DNA of 64,000 nucleotides from Gammaproteobacteria bacterium (lineage in GTDB: Bacteria > Pseudomonadota > Gammaproteobacteria > G965277405), in contig OZ255726.1 in NCBI GenBank assembly GCA_965277405.1, positions 992,001 through 1,056,000 of the forward strand. Direction: 5' to 3'. Below, piece by piece: positions 20,326 to 30,860 of the stretch; positions within the stretch are counted from its first letter, which is position 1, and the number at the start of each line of letters is the position of its first letter. Made by a program: the position numbers and the translations under genes. The notes beneath the pieces were generated by a model. That model did no database searches, was not told the DNA's origin, and saw nothing but the letters and a program-made list of their open reading frames with translations.

Positions 20326-20768
20326 AGTTCCTCCTCATAATGTGTGTTGACCATCGTGACCAGTTCAGCATCCTGAATTCATCAGATGCCATTGTTTAAT
20401 TGCTTGCCACTTACTGTTGTTAGCAAGCAATTTAAAGAATGCTTACATTTGCGTTGCACCTAACTTAGACGCAACTCAATCTGACTGTAAGACTCGACCG
20501 TTAATATTGGTGGCCCTCCCGTAATGGATTGAGTAACAAGCGTTGTTACGTTGAATGAATATTCAAAACCCAGTAAGCGATATTCCCTGCTTACAGGGAC
20601 TGAGTACCAATGCAGGACTTTTGCACAGCAGCTTTCAGCCCATGGTAACACACACGCCATTGCTTAGCATTTTTTAAATTACAGCGACCATAACTTTTTT
20701 TCACTACGGTGTTTTTGCTTAATTTAGCAGTGTCGCGCTAACGGCTGAAACCTACATTTTTACCGTAA

Positions 20769-20797
20769 ATAATATACACATTTTTTTCAAGAGTCAA
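20769..20797 (-). promoter_or_regulatory. Sigma70-like promoter for the ABC/catabolic operon
   Basis: Minus strand TTGACT-N17-TATTAT, overlapped by the inverted repeat ATACACAT (20774-20781) / ATGTGTAT (20804-20811). Confidence 0.55.
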
Positions 20798-20935
20798 ATA
20801 TTTATGTGTATTTAAAACGCCGCTTTGCAACTAATATTTTGCAACTCATGTAAAGTGTGAAACTAGCATGAGTATGACCACGCATGCTAGCAACAACTAT
20901 CAAGATCTCTTAAACAGGACTGGCGGCAACTTTTG

Positions 20936-21745
20936 TTATTGCCTGCCATTCGCTTGATTATCAGAGTTTCCTGTAGTTATTCGTACAGCATTTGCCCCCA
21001 AGGCGCCGCTAATTTCATTAGCGGTTTTAACCAATATGTCTACACAGCTTGCAAAGCTGATGTGTTCATTCTTATACACAACATACGGGACTGTCAAAGC
21101 TGCAACCGCATTACCAGAATGATTCAGCACGGGGGCAGATATATTGTTAATTCCTTGCACTACAAAACTTTCTCGCACTTCAAATGTTTTTTTTCTGATG
21201 TTTGCCAGATCTTGCATAAATTCAGACTTGGTTATATCACCAGTAAATTTAACTGCGGATAACAGAGTCTCAAGTTCCTCTTCTGGAAGATATGCCATTA
21301 TGACCCTGCCACTTGATGCTTGCAACATTTCTATCTTTGCCCCTATCCGCACGCTCATCACACTGTTGGCAGGATTATCAACTTGCCCAATAATCAGAAC
21401 TTCATTGTTGGTGATAATTCCAAGATGTACAGACTGATTTATTTTCCTGACAAGCCTGCGCATACGCGGCTCAGCAACAGATGTTAACCTGCGTACATTT
21501 GGTAATTTATGTGCAATCTCGAATAAGAAAGTTGTTAACACATAACGACCAGAAACAATGTCTTGGGTAACATAGCCGCGCTGTTCTAGCACCGCGAGCA
21601 TACGGAATATTTCACCTACCGAACGCGTTAATGCACGGGCAATGTCTGTAAGACTCAAGCCAAGCTCTTCGCCTGCAAGTAGTTCAATAATGCTCAGACC
21701 TTTATCCAAGGCAGGTGCCGTATATATTTTTTTTGTTTGATTCAT
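20936..21745 (-). CDS. IclR-family transcriptional regulator
   Basis: YTAPALDKGLSIIELLA, RSVGEIFRMLAVLEQRGYV HTH, ASSGRVIMA, ISAPV. Confidence 0.93.
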   Translation of the reverse strand: MNQTKKIYTAPALDKGLSIIELLAGEELGLSLTDIARALTRSVGEIFRMLAVLEQRGYVTQDIVSGRYVLTTFLFEIAHKLPNVRRLTSVAEPRMRRLVRKINQSVHLGIITNNEVLIIGQVDNPANSVMSVRIGAKIEMLQASSGRVIMAYLPEEELETLLSAVKFTGDITKSEFMQDLANIRKKTFEVRESFVVQGINNISAPVLNHSGNAVAALTVPYVVYKNEHISFASCVDILVKTANEISGALGANAVRITTGNSDNQANGRQ

Positions 21746-21844
21746 TGTGGTGGTTTGATTTTTGAAAATGACATTAAACGTTTTGTAAATTTGTTTTATA
21801 ATACGAATTTTAATCGTTAACTCAAGACGTTGAGTTGATATGAA

Positions 21845-21917
21845 TAGTAAGCGAACCAACACTCACCCAACCAAGGCATGATTGCGATACTAAATGAAGC
21901 TCTGGTTAAGTCCATGG
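21845..21917 (+). repeat. Left copy of a ~70-bp imperfect direct repeat ending in a MITE terminus
   Basis: tagtaagcgaaccaacactcac ... gaagctctggttaagtccatg (matches the reverse complement of the MITE right end). Confidence 0.65.
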
Positions 21918-22241
21918 AAAAGAATGTTGCATACCACGCTCAAATTAAAGATGCGCTTGAGGATGGGCAATATGTTGCACAGCAATATCGTTGTCTCAGT
22001 ACGAGGAATAAATAAAAACCATACTGACCTTATTCGCCAGTATCTACCACATGCAACGGTTTGGATACAATGTTAGCAGACCACGTAATTTTGATGAAAC
22101 AGTTAAACAATTATCATACGATTTACTTATACTATACAATAGCCCATGAAGTGTACGGTGCTATGGTTGTAGCTATATAATTATTGAGTGTCGTGTTACC
22201 GATTGAAATCAGCCTCATTATCACATTAGGTAGATATAATT

Positions 22242-23270
22242 ATGACTAAGATTGGAACTCCACATCTCACCGTCAAGAAAACCTCATTCCTTACTACTGT
22301 TACCAGCCGTACTTTCTTTACACTCATCACGGTGCTTGCTGTTAGCATGATGAGTGCCGCTGTTAACGCCGCAACCACCTTAAAGTGGGCTCATGTGTAT
22401 GAAGCAGGCTCCCCTTATCATCAGGCTGTGCTCTGGGCCGCTGCTGAAATAAAAAAACAAACAGCTGGTAGCGTCATCATTAACGCCTATCCCGCCGCTT
22501 CTTTGGGTAAAGAAGCCGAACTCAGTGAATCCTTAGACTTTGGCACGCTCGATATTATTTACACAGGCGCTTCCTTCGCGGCACAGGCCTACCCTCCAAT
22601 GAAGCTCTCGGAGTTGCCTTTTGTTATTCGTGATTACAACCATTGGAAAGCCTACCGTGATAGCGCTCTTGGCGATGAAATATCAACTGGTTATGAAAAA
22701 CAAACTGGTCATGATGTCACAGCTTATACCTATTACGGTGCCCGTCATGTGACTTCCAACATCCCCATTCATGCGCCTAAAGATATGGTGGGAATGAAAA
22801 TACGTGTGCCAAACGCCCCGCTGTATTTGATGTTTCCCAAAGCGGTAAAAGCCAACCCGACCCCATTAGCCTTCTCAGAAGTGTATTTGGCACTGCAGCA
22901 AGGGCTAGTGGATGCGCAAGAAAACCCATTGCCCACCATTAAGTTCAAAAAGTTCTACGAAGTACAAAAATACATAACCCTGACAGGTCACATGACGAAT
23001 TCGATTGTCACTGTTATTTCCAGCTATGCCAAACAAAAAATCAGTGGCAGCGATTATGACAAATTGGTGACTATCACCAGCCAAGCGGCAGCTAGAGCCT
23101 CAGAGGAAATCAATGACACAGAGCAAAACCTGGCACAATGGTTTGCCGACCAAGGCATTATCGTCAACAAGGTTGACCGCGAACCATTTAAAAAAGCGAT
23201 CAAACCTTTCTTAAAACCTGAAGATAACGGCGTTACAGCAGCGCAGTTGGCGCGCTTGCAAGCCCTGTAA
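22242..23270 (+). CDS. dctP: TRAP transporter substrate-binding protein (SiaP/DctP family)
   Basis: LKWAHVYE, YYGARHVT, KIRVP, FSEVYLALQQGLVDAQENP. Confidence 0.95.
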   Translation: MTKIGTPHLTVKKTSFLTTVTSRTFFTLITVLAVSMMSAAVNAATTLKWAHVYEAGSPYHQAVLWAAAEIKKQTAGSVIINAYPAASLGKEAELSESLDFGTLDIIYTGASFAAQAYPPMKLSELPFVIRDYNHWKAYRDSALGDEISTGYEKQTGHDVTAYTYYGARHVTSNIPIHAPKDMVGMKIRVPNAPLYLMFPKAVKANPTPLAFSEVYLALQQGLVDAQENPLPTIKFKKFYEVQKYITLTGHMTNSIVTVISSYAKQKISGSDYDKLVTITSQAAARASEEINDTEQNLAQWFADQGIIVNKVDREPFKKAIKPFLKPEDNGVTAAQLARLQAL

Positions 23271-23302
23271 TTATTATGTGAAAAGGCAGTCATAGAGATG
23301 TG

Positions 23303-23860
23303 ATGCATAACCAGCCAACAGGGCAAGTGGATAGCCCCCATGCACCTACCATTGCTAACGTCTGTGCAGATCAAACCAAGGAAAGATTTACCTTTAAGAT
23401 GGTAGACATTCCAGTGATGGTGGTTTTTTGGGTATTAGTGGCGATTGTTTTTTTACAATTTTTTACTCGCTACGTGCTCAACGATTCGCTGGGGTGGACC
23501 GAAGAAATAGCCCGCTTTCTCTTGATTTTATTGGGGTTTATTGGGTCAGTGACAGTTGTTAGAAACGGCGGCCATATTGCTTTAGAGTTCTCTTATCGTT
23601 TTATTCCTAGTCAATGCAGTAAAGCCTTGATGGTTTTTTCTCAAATCGCCTGCAGCTGTTTTTATGGCTACTGTGCCTATTTATCGTGGCAAGTAGCCAT
23701 GCGCATCAACCAAACATTGGTTTCTATTCCTTTGCCTAAAAGCGTTATATATTGGGTTATATGTGTTTGTTGCGCCGCAATGGCGCTGCATTCTTTAATG
23801 TGGCTGTATACGCGTATTACACAACACCATATCACCTTGGCAAACAACCTTAATAATTAA
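23303..23860 (+). CDS. dctQ: TRAP small permease
   Basis: QFFTRYVLNDSLGWTEEIAR, GHI; four TM segments. Confidence 0.93.
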   Translation: MHNQPTGQVDSPHAPTIANVCADQTKERFTFKMVDIPVMVVFWVLVAIVFLQFFTRYVLNDSLGWTEEIARFLLILLGFIGSVTVVRNGGHIALEFSYRFIPSQCSKALMVFSQIACSCFYGYCAYLSWQVAMRINQTLVSIPLPKSVIYWVICVCCAAMALHSLMWLYTRITQHHITLANNLNN

Positions 23861-23877
23861 ATTATCAGAGGTTTATT

Positions 23878-25155
23878 GTGTCTATCTTAAGTATGTTCCT
23901 CATCCTGTTTACCCTAATGATAATTGGTGTGCCTGTTGCCGTTTCATTAGGGCTGGCTTCGTTGTTTTTTATTGTTATAGAAGGCATGCCCAATATTGTA
24001 CTGCTGCATACCATGGTCAATGGTATTAATAGCTTCCCTTTGATTGCCATTCCGTTTTTTATTCTAGCGGGACACTTAATGAATATAGGGGGTATTACCA
24101 AGCGGATTTTTGCTTTTGCGCGCGCGTTAGTCGGCTGGATGCCAGGTGGTTTAGGGCATGTTAATGTCGGCGCCAGTGTGATATTTGCAGGGATGTCTGG
24201 TGCGGCGGTTGCTGATGCTGGCGGGCTTGGAAATATAGAAATTAAATCCATGAAAGAAGCTGGATATGATGCCGACTTTTCGGTTGGCATTACCGCAGCC
24301 TCCTCAACCATTGGCCCTATTATTCCCCCCTCATTGCCGCTGGTGATTTATGGAGTGATGGCCGACACCTCTATTGGTCAGCTGTTTGTCGCAGGAATAA
24401 TTCCAGGGTTATTGATGGCATTTGCGTTGATGATCATGGTATCTTGGTACGCCATAATTCGTAAATACCCAATAGATGATCATTTTAGATTCAGCGTATT
24501 ATGGTCAACCTTTAAACGCGCTTGCCTGCCTTTGCTGACCCCAGTCATTATTGTTGGCGGCATATTAACAGGAGTCTTTACACCAACAGAAGCCGCCATT
24601 GCCGCCGTTACTTACTCCATGTTGTTAGGGCTGTGCGTCTATCGTTCCTTATCCTTCAATAACATACTTAAAGTGTCGCAAGAAACCATCGAAACAACCG
24701 CGTCTATTTTACTTATAGTCGCCTCTTCGACTATCTTTGCTTGGATTCTTACCGCCAATCAGTTTGCCAATGTCTTTGCTGAACAGTTACTGTCTTTTAC
24801 CAATAATAAAACACTGATTTTATTGATGATTACCCTGTTGGTTTTGGTTGTTGGCTGCTTTATGGAGACAATTGCTGCTATCACTATTTTAGTCTCAGTG
24901 CTGTTACCTGTTGCCGTGCAAATTGGCGTTGATCCAGTCCATTTTGGCATTATTTTAATATTGAATTTGATGCTGGGATTACTCACGCCGCCAGTAGGGA
25001 TGGTGTTATACGTACTTGCCAAAGTATCAGACACCCCCTTTGAACGATGTGTTATGGCAACAGCACCATTTTTAATCCCGTTAGTGGCTGTGCTGATGCT
25101 GCTTACCTTTATTCCAGCTATTTCGATGTGGCTGCCCACGCTTATTTATCGATAG
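23878..25155 (+). CDS. dctM: TRAP large permease
   Basis: AIPFFILAG, FAGMSGAAVAD, GPIIPPS, FTPTEA, GLLTPPVG. Confidence 0.96.
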   Translation: MSILSMFLILFTLMIIGVPVAVSLGLASLFFIVIEGMPNIVLLHTMVNGINSFPLIAIPFFILAGHLMNIGGITKRIFAFARALVGWMPGGLGHVNVGASVIFAGMSGAAVADAGGLGNIEIKSMKEAGYDADFSVGITAASSTIGPIIPPSLPLVIYGVMADTSIGQLFVAGIIPGLLMAFALMIMVSWYAIIRKYPIDDHFRFSVLWSTFKRACLPLLTPVIIVGGILTGVFTPTEAAIAAVTYSMLLGLCVYRSLSFNNILKVSQETIETTASILLIVASSTIFAWILTANQFANVFAEQLLSFTNNKTLILLMITLLVLVVGCFMETIAAITILVSVLLPVAVQIGVDPVHFGIILILNLMLGLLTPPVGMVLYVLAKVSDTPFERCVMATAPFLIPLVAVLMLLTFIPAISMWLPTLIYR

Positions 25156-25264
25156 TTGACTTGTTACAAATAGGTTAATATTTGCGGAAAACAAAAATTT
25201 CACGATAAACGCATATTGTTTTAACAGATTTTAATCGCCGCGAGATACATGACGCGATTATAGT

Positions 25265-25375
25265 TAGTAAGCCAACCACCACTCACACCGTCAATATTCG
25301 ATCACATTAATACATGAACCTATAGTTAAGTCGATAATGAGCGAGACGCAGCAAACACGTTAATGATAACCAAGC
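25265..25375 (+). repeat. Right copy of the ~70-bp repeat plus a degenerate MITE left end
   Basis: tagtaagccaaccaccactcac (20/22 identical to 21845-21866) ... gaacctatagttaagtcgataatgagcgag. Confidence 0.6.
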
Positions 25376-25440
25376 AACGATATCGAAGAGGTAGGGGTTT
25401 GACGGTCAGTGCGGCGACAAGCGAGGGTTGTATGCTGTAG

Positions 25441-25980
25441 TTATGTGTTAACAAACAAGTTCCGATAAATCTGTGTTTCTGCGATGGATTCTCTGGTATC
25501 AGATAATGCTGTATGCGTCCCAGACTTGGTCATCGAAACATCTTTATCGCTCCATAGTTGCGCAGCAATTTTTAAACTTGTGGCATCAAGATTACGGTAA
25601 TGAAAAAAAGCACACAACGTAGGCATATAATGCGCAAGAAAACGCCTGTCTTGACAGATTGTATTCCCACACATTGGTGAGTGGCGTGGTTTGCAATGTT
25701 CGCGTAAAAACTCAAGCGTCATCAATTCGGCCTGTTGTGTTGTAATATTGCTGCTGCGCACCCGGTCGAGTAATCCCGACTTTCCGTGTGTAGTAACGTT
25801 CCATTCATCCATGCGGTTCAGCGTTGCTTCATCATGAGCAATGGCAATCTCTGGTCCTTCTGCAATTATGTTCAAATCTCTGTCTGTCACAATTGTGGCA
25901 ATTTCGATAATGGTGTCGTTTTGAGGATCAAGCCCGGTCATTTCGCAGTCAAGCCAAATAAGTTTTTTAATATCTGCCAT
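25441..25980 (-). CDS. orn: Oligoribonuclease
   Basis: LIWLDCEMTGL, IIEIATIVTD, HGKSGL, CGNTICQDRRF, HYRNLD, HTAL. Confidence 0.96.
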   Translation of the reverse strand: MADIKKLIWLDCEMTGLDPQNDTIIEIATIVTDRDLNIIAEGPEIAIAHDEATLNRMDEWNVTTHGKSGLLDRVRSSNITTQQAELMTLEFLREHCKPRHSPMCGNTICQDRRFLAHYMPTLCAFFHYRNLDATSLKIAAQLWSDKDVSMTKSGTHTALSDTRESIAETQIYRNLFVNT

Positions 25981-26234
25981 TATGTGTGGTCTTGGTTGTA
26001 ATAAAGATATGCTCGCTAATTTCGTTATCAAAGAGAGATGTATCCAACTTTGACGAACCATACACTGATAGCAGCATATTTGTCGTACACTCTCTGTGTA
26101 TTTAAGGAAGATTGTTATACACAATAATAGCGACTGCAAAAACAAAGTTTTGACAAAACATGCTGAAATTATACGTTGTAAATATCACATGCTATAGTAA
26201 ATAAAACTCGCTTTTTATAAGGAAAACAATATAT

Positions 26235-26891
26235 ATGGTCGCAACACAGCAAATCATCATTTTAGGCGCACCTGGAGCAGGAAAAGGCACGCAGTCTGTC
26301 TATATAGCACGGCGCCTACATGTCGCTCATATCTCAACAGGTAATATGTTGCGCAGTGCTGTTGCCGCAGAAACAAAAATTGGTAAATCTGCAAAAAAAA
26401 TAATGGACACCGGGCATTTGATTTCTGACGAAATTATCCTCGATTTAATCCAAGAACGGATTACAGCAGCTGATTGTGCCAATGGCTTTTTATTCGACGG
26501 CTTCCCGCGAACAGTAGGGCAGGCGGAAGCGATTGAACGGCATAATATTAGTATTAGCCATGTAATTGAAATTGATGTGGACGATAGCGAAATCATTCGA
26601 AGATTGTCTGGTAGACGCGTCCATTTATCCTCTGGACGCAGCTACCACGTGTTATTTAACCCTCCAAAACAAATAGGAATTGATGATGAAACAGGTGAGC
26701 CGCTGGTGCATCGCCCAGATGATCACGAAACAACGATTAAAGACCGCTTATCGGTGTATCATCAACAAACCAAACCACTCATCAGCTTTTACAAGCAACG
26801 ACAGCAGCAAGAAAAAATAAACTTTCACCGTGTGGATGGTGGCGCGCCGATCAATGCTGTGACAAAAGCAATCGATGCTATTTTCATTTAA
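26235..26891 (+). CDS. adk: Adenylate kinase
   Basis: [34 protein letters not shown] region. Confidence 0.97.
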   Translation: MVATQQIIILGAPGAGKGTQSVYIARRLHVAHISTGNMLRSAVAAETKIGKSAKKIMDTGHLISDEIILDLIQERITAADCANGFLFDGFPRTVGQAEAIERHNISISHVIEIDVDDSEIIRRLSGRRVHLSSGRSYHVLFNPPKQIGIDDETGEPLVHRPDDHETTIKDRLSVYHQQTKPLISFYKQRQQQEKINFHRVDGGAPINAVTKAIDAIFI

Positions 26892-26900
26892 TATCCAGCA

Positions 26901-27566
26901 ATGGTAGACGCGCTCGCAACAGGATTTTGTCAGTTTGTTTGGCAAAATGGCGCATTACAGTTTGGCGATTTCACGTTAAAGTCTGGCAGAAAAAGCCCCT
27001 ATTTTCTCAACGTTGGTAAATTCTGTGATGGCGAATCAATCTTGAGTCTTGGCAGTTTTTACGCCCAACGTATTGCGGATAAATTACAAAAAGGGCTGCA
27101 GGCGGATATGTTGTTTGGGCCTGCGTATAAAGGCATTCCGTTAGTGGCTGTAACCGCTGCAATGCTGGCTCAGAATCATCAAATATCATTACCGTTTGCA
27201 TATAACCGCAAAGTGGTAAAGGATCATGGCGAAGGTGGATTAGTGGTTGGAGCGCAGCCGCGTGGCTTGGTGATTGCTATTGATGATGTTATCACTGCTG
27301 GAACGGCAATAAGCCAAGTTAGTGATATTCTTGATACATATGAAAATTGCGCATTAACGGCGGTTTGCATTGCGTTTGATAGAAAAGAAATCAACCAAGC
27401 AGGAATAGACACCACCTGGGCACTGCAGCAAGATTATGGAATAGATATTTTTTCTATTGCAGATTTTCACATACTGCTCGAATGGCTCGGTCAGCAACAT
27501 ACAGTGGACGCAGCCCAACACCAGCTGCTGCACGAATATCGTCGCCACTACGGCAGCACAATCTAA
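26901..27566 (+). CDS. pyrE: Orotate phosphoribosyltransferase
   Basis: FTLKSGRKSPYF, FGPAYKGIP, KDHGEGG, IDDVITAGTA. Confidence 0.97.
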   Translation: MVDALATGFCQFVWQNGALQFGDFTLKSGRKSPYFLNVGKFCDGESILSLGSFYAQRIADKLQKGLQADMLFGPAYKGIPLVAVTAAMLAQNHQISLPFAYNRKVVKDHGEGGLVVGAQPRGLVIAIDDVITAGTAISQVSDILDTYENCALTAVCIAFDRKEINQAGIDTTWALQQDYGIDIFSIADFHILLEWLGQQHTVDAAQHQLLHEYRRHYGSTI

Positions 27567-27833
27567 TCAAGATGTATTACTCAATAGCTCATATGTGCTT
27601 TGCTGCTGTTTCAGTATGGCAGGGAATGGAATAGCTACACTGAAACGCTGAAACTAAAATTTTTACATCCAACAGCTAATACAGGATTACTGCATGACTG
27701 GAGTTGTCTGCACCAATATTCGTTTTGATAAAACCTTGCCGTTCTTCAATTAACAGTGTATGTCGTTCGTTTTTTAACACACTTTATATATTCCTAGCTT
27801 AAATATTAACGCTTGGAAAGTCTAAATATCAGC

Positions 27834-29654
27834 TTATTCCACTGTTACTGATTTTGCTAAATTCCTAGGTTGATCAAGGTCGGTTCCTTTATGCGTTGCC
27901 ACAAAATATGCAAGCAGTTGTAACGGTATAGTAAATAAAATTGGTGACAGCACATTATCAGCAGATTCGATTTTAATGACTTGGGTATTTCTTCCCGACG
28001 GTATCTTCAGTGACTTGTCAGCAAACACATACATTTCTCCTCCGCGTGCTTGTACCATTTCTATATTGGATTGTAACTTTTTATATAAATGATTTGATGG
28101 TGCAACAACGATAATTGGCGTATCTGCACCAACTAATGCCAATGGTCCATGTTTTAATTCTCCCGCAGGAAAAGCTTCTGCATGAATGTACGAAATTTCT
28201 TTGAGCTTGAGCGCGCCTTCTAGAGCTATTGGGTACATGCTGCCACGCCCCAGAAATAAGCAATTATATTTAGACACAAATGCTCCAGCTAACTCGGCGA
28301 TATCCGCCGCTTTATGCAACACTGTTGATATATCTTCTGGAACTTTTTTCAAAATCTGTATATAATTTTTTTCTTGTTTTGCCGTTAGTAAACCACGAAT
28401 TTTTGCGATATATAGCGTCAAAATAAATAGCAGGGTAAGCTGTGTCGTAAAGGCTTTCGTTGCAGCCACACTGACCTCCGTCCCCGCTTTTGTGAGCAAT
28501 GCGCTCGCAGAATCTCGCACTAATGCGCTTGAGGCTACATTTGACATTGCTACTGTTGTTACATAATTTTTTTTTTGTGCCAATTGTAATGAAGCCAAGG
28601 TGTCTGCTGTTTCTCCTGATTGCGACAAAGTTAGGAATATTGTGTTCGCAAGCACAACAGGGTCTCTGTACCTATATTCACTAGCAACTTCTACCGATAC
28701 CGCTATTCCAGCCAATGCTTCCAACCAATATTTTGCCACCATTCCCGCGTGATAACTGGTGCCGCATGCAACAATATGAATACTGTCAATATCCTTTAAT
28801 TGCTCAATCAGTCCAGCAGGTAAAGCACCATCTATTAGCGCAACGCCTGCAATATATTGTTGATATGTTGCTGCAATAACTTTGGGTTGATCATGAATTT
28901 CTTTTTCCATGAAGTGGCTAAAATCACCTTTTGTATTCTGAGTTTCATTCAACGCATATATATGCGTTTTGCGGTGAACAGGAGTAACACCTTGTTGGTA
29001 GATTGTGTGGTTATTATGGCTAAGAGCTACAATGTCGCCTTCTTCAAGAAATATATATTCTGCTGTGAGTCCTTGCAGCGCCAGTACGTCAGAGGCAAAA
29101 TAATTTTCATCAATACCCAGACCCAATACCATTGGGCTACCTTGACGCGCACCAATTAAATAATTTTGGCAAGCTGCAAACACAAACACCAATGCATATG
29201 ATCCTTCAAGTTTGCTAAGCACATGTTGTACCGCTTGCAGTGGTTCAGCGCCTTGGCATAGTTGCTGATCAACCATTAATAACACCAATTCTGTATCTGT
29301 TTGCGAGACGTAACTAAAGTCGTGTTGCTGCTTTAATTCAGCATAGTTCTCTATCACCCCATTATGCACAACCGCAACATTTTTAGTGGCGTGTGGGTGT
29401 GCGTTCACTTTAGTCGCAGCGCCGTGCGTTGCCCAACGTGTATGACCAATTCCAAGCATGCCATGTTCTGGTTGATCGGTATAACTTTTCGTTAATGTTT
29501 GTAACTTACCAGCAAACTTGCGTGTTGCTATTCCTTGTTGGGTTATAATTGCAAGTCCAGCTGAATCATAGCCACGATATTCAAGTTTCTCTAATCCGCG
29601 TAATAAAATAGCTTGAACATTGCGTCTTGCTACTACACCCACAATTCCACACAT
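27834..29654 (-). CDS. glmS: Glutamine--fructose-6-phosphate aminotransferase
   Basis: MCGIVG, EYRGYDSAG, GHTRWATHG, SQSGETAD, PRNLAKSVTVE. Confidence 0.98.
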   Translation of the reverse strand: MCGIVGVVARRNVQAILLRGLEKLEYRGYDSAGLAIITQQGIATRKFAGKLQTLTKSYTDQPEHGMLGIGHTRWATHGAATKVNAHPHATKNVAVVHNGVIENYAELKQQHDFSYVSQTDTELVLLMVDQQLCQGAEPLQAVQHVLSKLEGSYALVFVFAACQNYLIGARQGSPMVLGLGIDENYFASDVLALQGLTAEYIFLEEGDIVALSHNNHTIYQQGVTPVHRKTHIYALNETQNTKGDFSHFMEKEIHDQPKVIAATYQQYIAGVALIDGALPAGLIEQLKDIDSIHIVACGTSYHAGMVAKYWLEALAGIAVSVEVASEYRYRDPVVLANTIFLTLSQSGETADTLASLQLAQKKNYVTTVAMSNVASSALVRDSASALLTKAGTEVSVAATKAFTTQLTLLFILTLYIAKIRGLLTAKQEKNYIQILKKVPEDISTVLHKAADIAELAGAFVSKYNCLFLGRGSMYPIALEGALKLKEISYIHAEAFPAGELKHGPLALVGADTPIIVVAPSNHLYKKLQSNIEMVQARGGEMYVFADKSLKIPSGRNTQVIKIESADNVLSPILFTIPLQLLAYFVATHKGTDLDQPRNLAKSVTVE

Positions 29655-29656
29655 TG

Positions 29657-30031
29657 TTATGGTGCGATAATCGCATCCATTTCAATTTGTACACCCTGCG
29701 GTAGCCCTGTTATTTCAACTGCGGCACGAGCAGGATATGGCAAACAAAAATATTCTGACATGATTGTATTTACCATACCAAAATGGTTAAGATCCACCAT
29801 AAAGACGGTGATCTTGGCAATGTCATCAATTGTAGCCGTTGCTGCAATACACATTGCTTGCAGATTTTCTAATACTTGCCGAATTTGTGCATCAATTGCG
29901 TCTGGAATTGAGCCGTCTTTAGGGTTAATTGGTATCTGTCCAGATATAAAAATTAAGCCGCCTGCTTTAATGCCTTGTGAGTAAGTGCCTATTGCAGCAG
30001 GTGCATCTGTTGTTTGGATAATTGTTTTCAT
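29657..30031 (-). CDS. ridA: RidA/YjgF reactive imine deaminase
   Basis: APAAIGTYSQ, ISGQIP, YPARAA, IEMDAI. Confidence 0.93.
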   Translation of the reverse strand: MKTIIQTTDAPAAIGTYSQGIKAGGLIFISGQIPINPKDGSIPDAIDAQIRQVLENLQAMCIAATATIDDIAKITVFMVDLNHFGMVNTIMSEYFCLPYPARAAVEITGLPQGVQIEMDAIIAP

Positions 30032-30041
30032 CTATATAAAT

Positions 30042-30860
30042 TTAAATTCTAAGTAAATCATTGATGCTGGTTTTGGATCGTGTTTTTTCATCAACATGTT
30101 TCACAATAATTGCTGCGTATAATTGCGTGTCATCTTGTGATGATGGTAGTGTGCCGGCAACGACAACCGAGCCTGCTGGCACTCTACCATAATGAGTCTC
30201 GCCTGTTATTCTGTCATATACCCGTGTACTTTGTCCAATAAAAACACCCATAGAAATAACACTATTGCTCTCAACAATGACACCTTCCACTATCTCTGAA
30301 CGCGCGCCAATAAAGCAATTATCTTCAATAATTGTCGGATTCGATTGTAACGGTTCTAATACTCCACCGATTCCAGCCCCGCCACTCAAATGAACGTTCT
30401 TGCCAATCTGTGCGCATGAACCAACCGTTGCCCAAGTATCTACCATCGAACCAGTGTCTACATAGGCGCCAATGTTTACATATGACGGCATTAATACCAC
30501 GTTATTGGCAATGAACGAACCGTATCGAACCATTGCAGGCGGGACAACTCGGATGCCGCTGTCCACAAAACGGGACGTATCCCAGTTATTAAATTTTGCT
30601 GCGACTTTGTCAAAGTAGCGCGTTGCACCACCTTCGATGACTTTGTTTTGATGCAGCCGAAAGCTCAATAAAATAGCTTGTTTAAGCCACTGATTTGTCT
30701 GCCACCCTGATGCTGTTTTTTCAGCAACGCGAAGTGATCCAGCATCAAGCAGTGCCAATGTCTTATTCACGGCGTCAACTACGCCAATTGGTGGGTCGTT
30801 GGCAGCAATTGTTTGAATTATTGCATACGCTTGTTGAATCTGTTGTTGAAGTTCTTTCAT
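30042..30860 (-). CDS. dapD: Tetrahydrodipicolinate N-succinyltransferase
   Basis: [46 protein letters not shown]. Confidence 0.97.
   Translation of the reverse strand: MKELQQQIQQAYAIIQTIAANDPPIGVVDAVNKTLALLDAGSLRVAEKTASGWQTNQWLKQAILLSFRLHQNKVIEGGATRYFDKVAAKFNNWDTSRFVDSGIRVVPPAMVRYGSFIANNVVLMPSYVNIGAYVDTGSMVDTWATVGSCAQIGKNVHLSGGAGIGGVLEPLQSNPTIIEDNCFIGARSEIVEGVIVESNSVISMGVFIGQSTRVYDRITGETHYGRVPAGSVVVAGTLPSSQDDTQLYAAIIVKHVDEKTRSKTSINDLLRI

Noticed and set aside
20341-20760. RNase P RNA, tmRNA or 6S RNA
   Set aside because: No GAGGAAAGTCC core in context, no tRNA-like ends, no recognisable 6S pattern
27567-27833. ncRNA between convergent pyrE and glmS (GTTTCAGT..ACTGAAAC stem)
   Set aside because: A single stem in a convergent spacer is adequately explained as a terminator-like or chance structure
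29655-29656. glmS ribozyme
   Set aside because: ridA ends 2 bp upstream, so there is no leader
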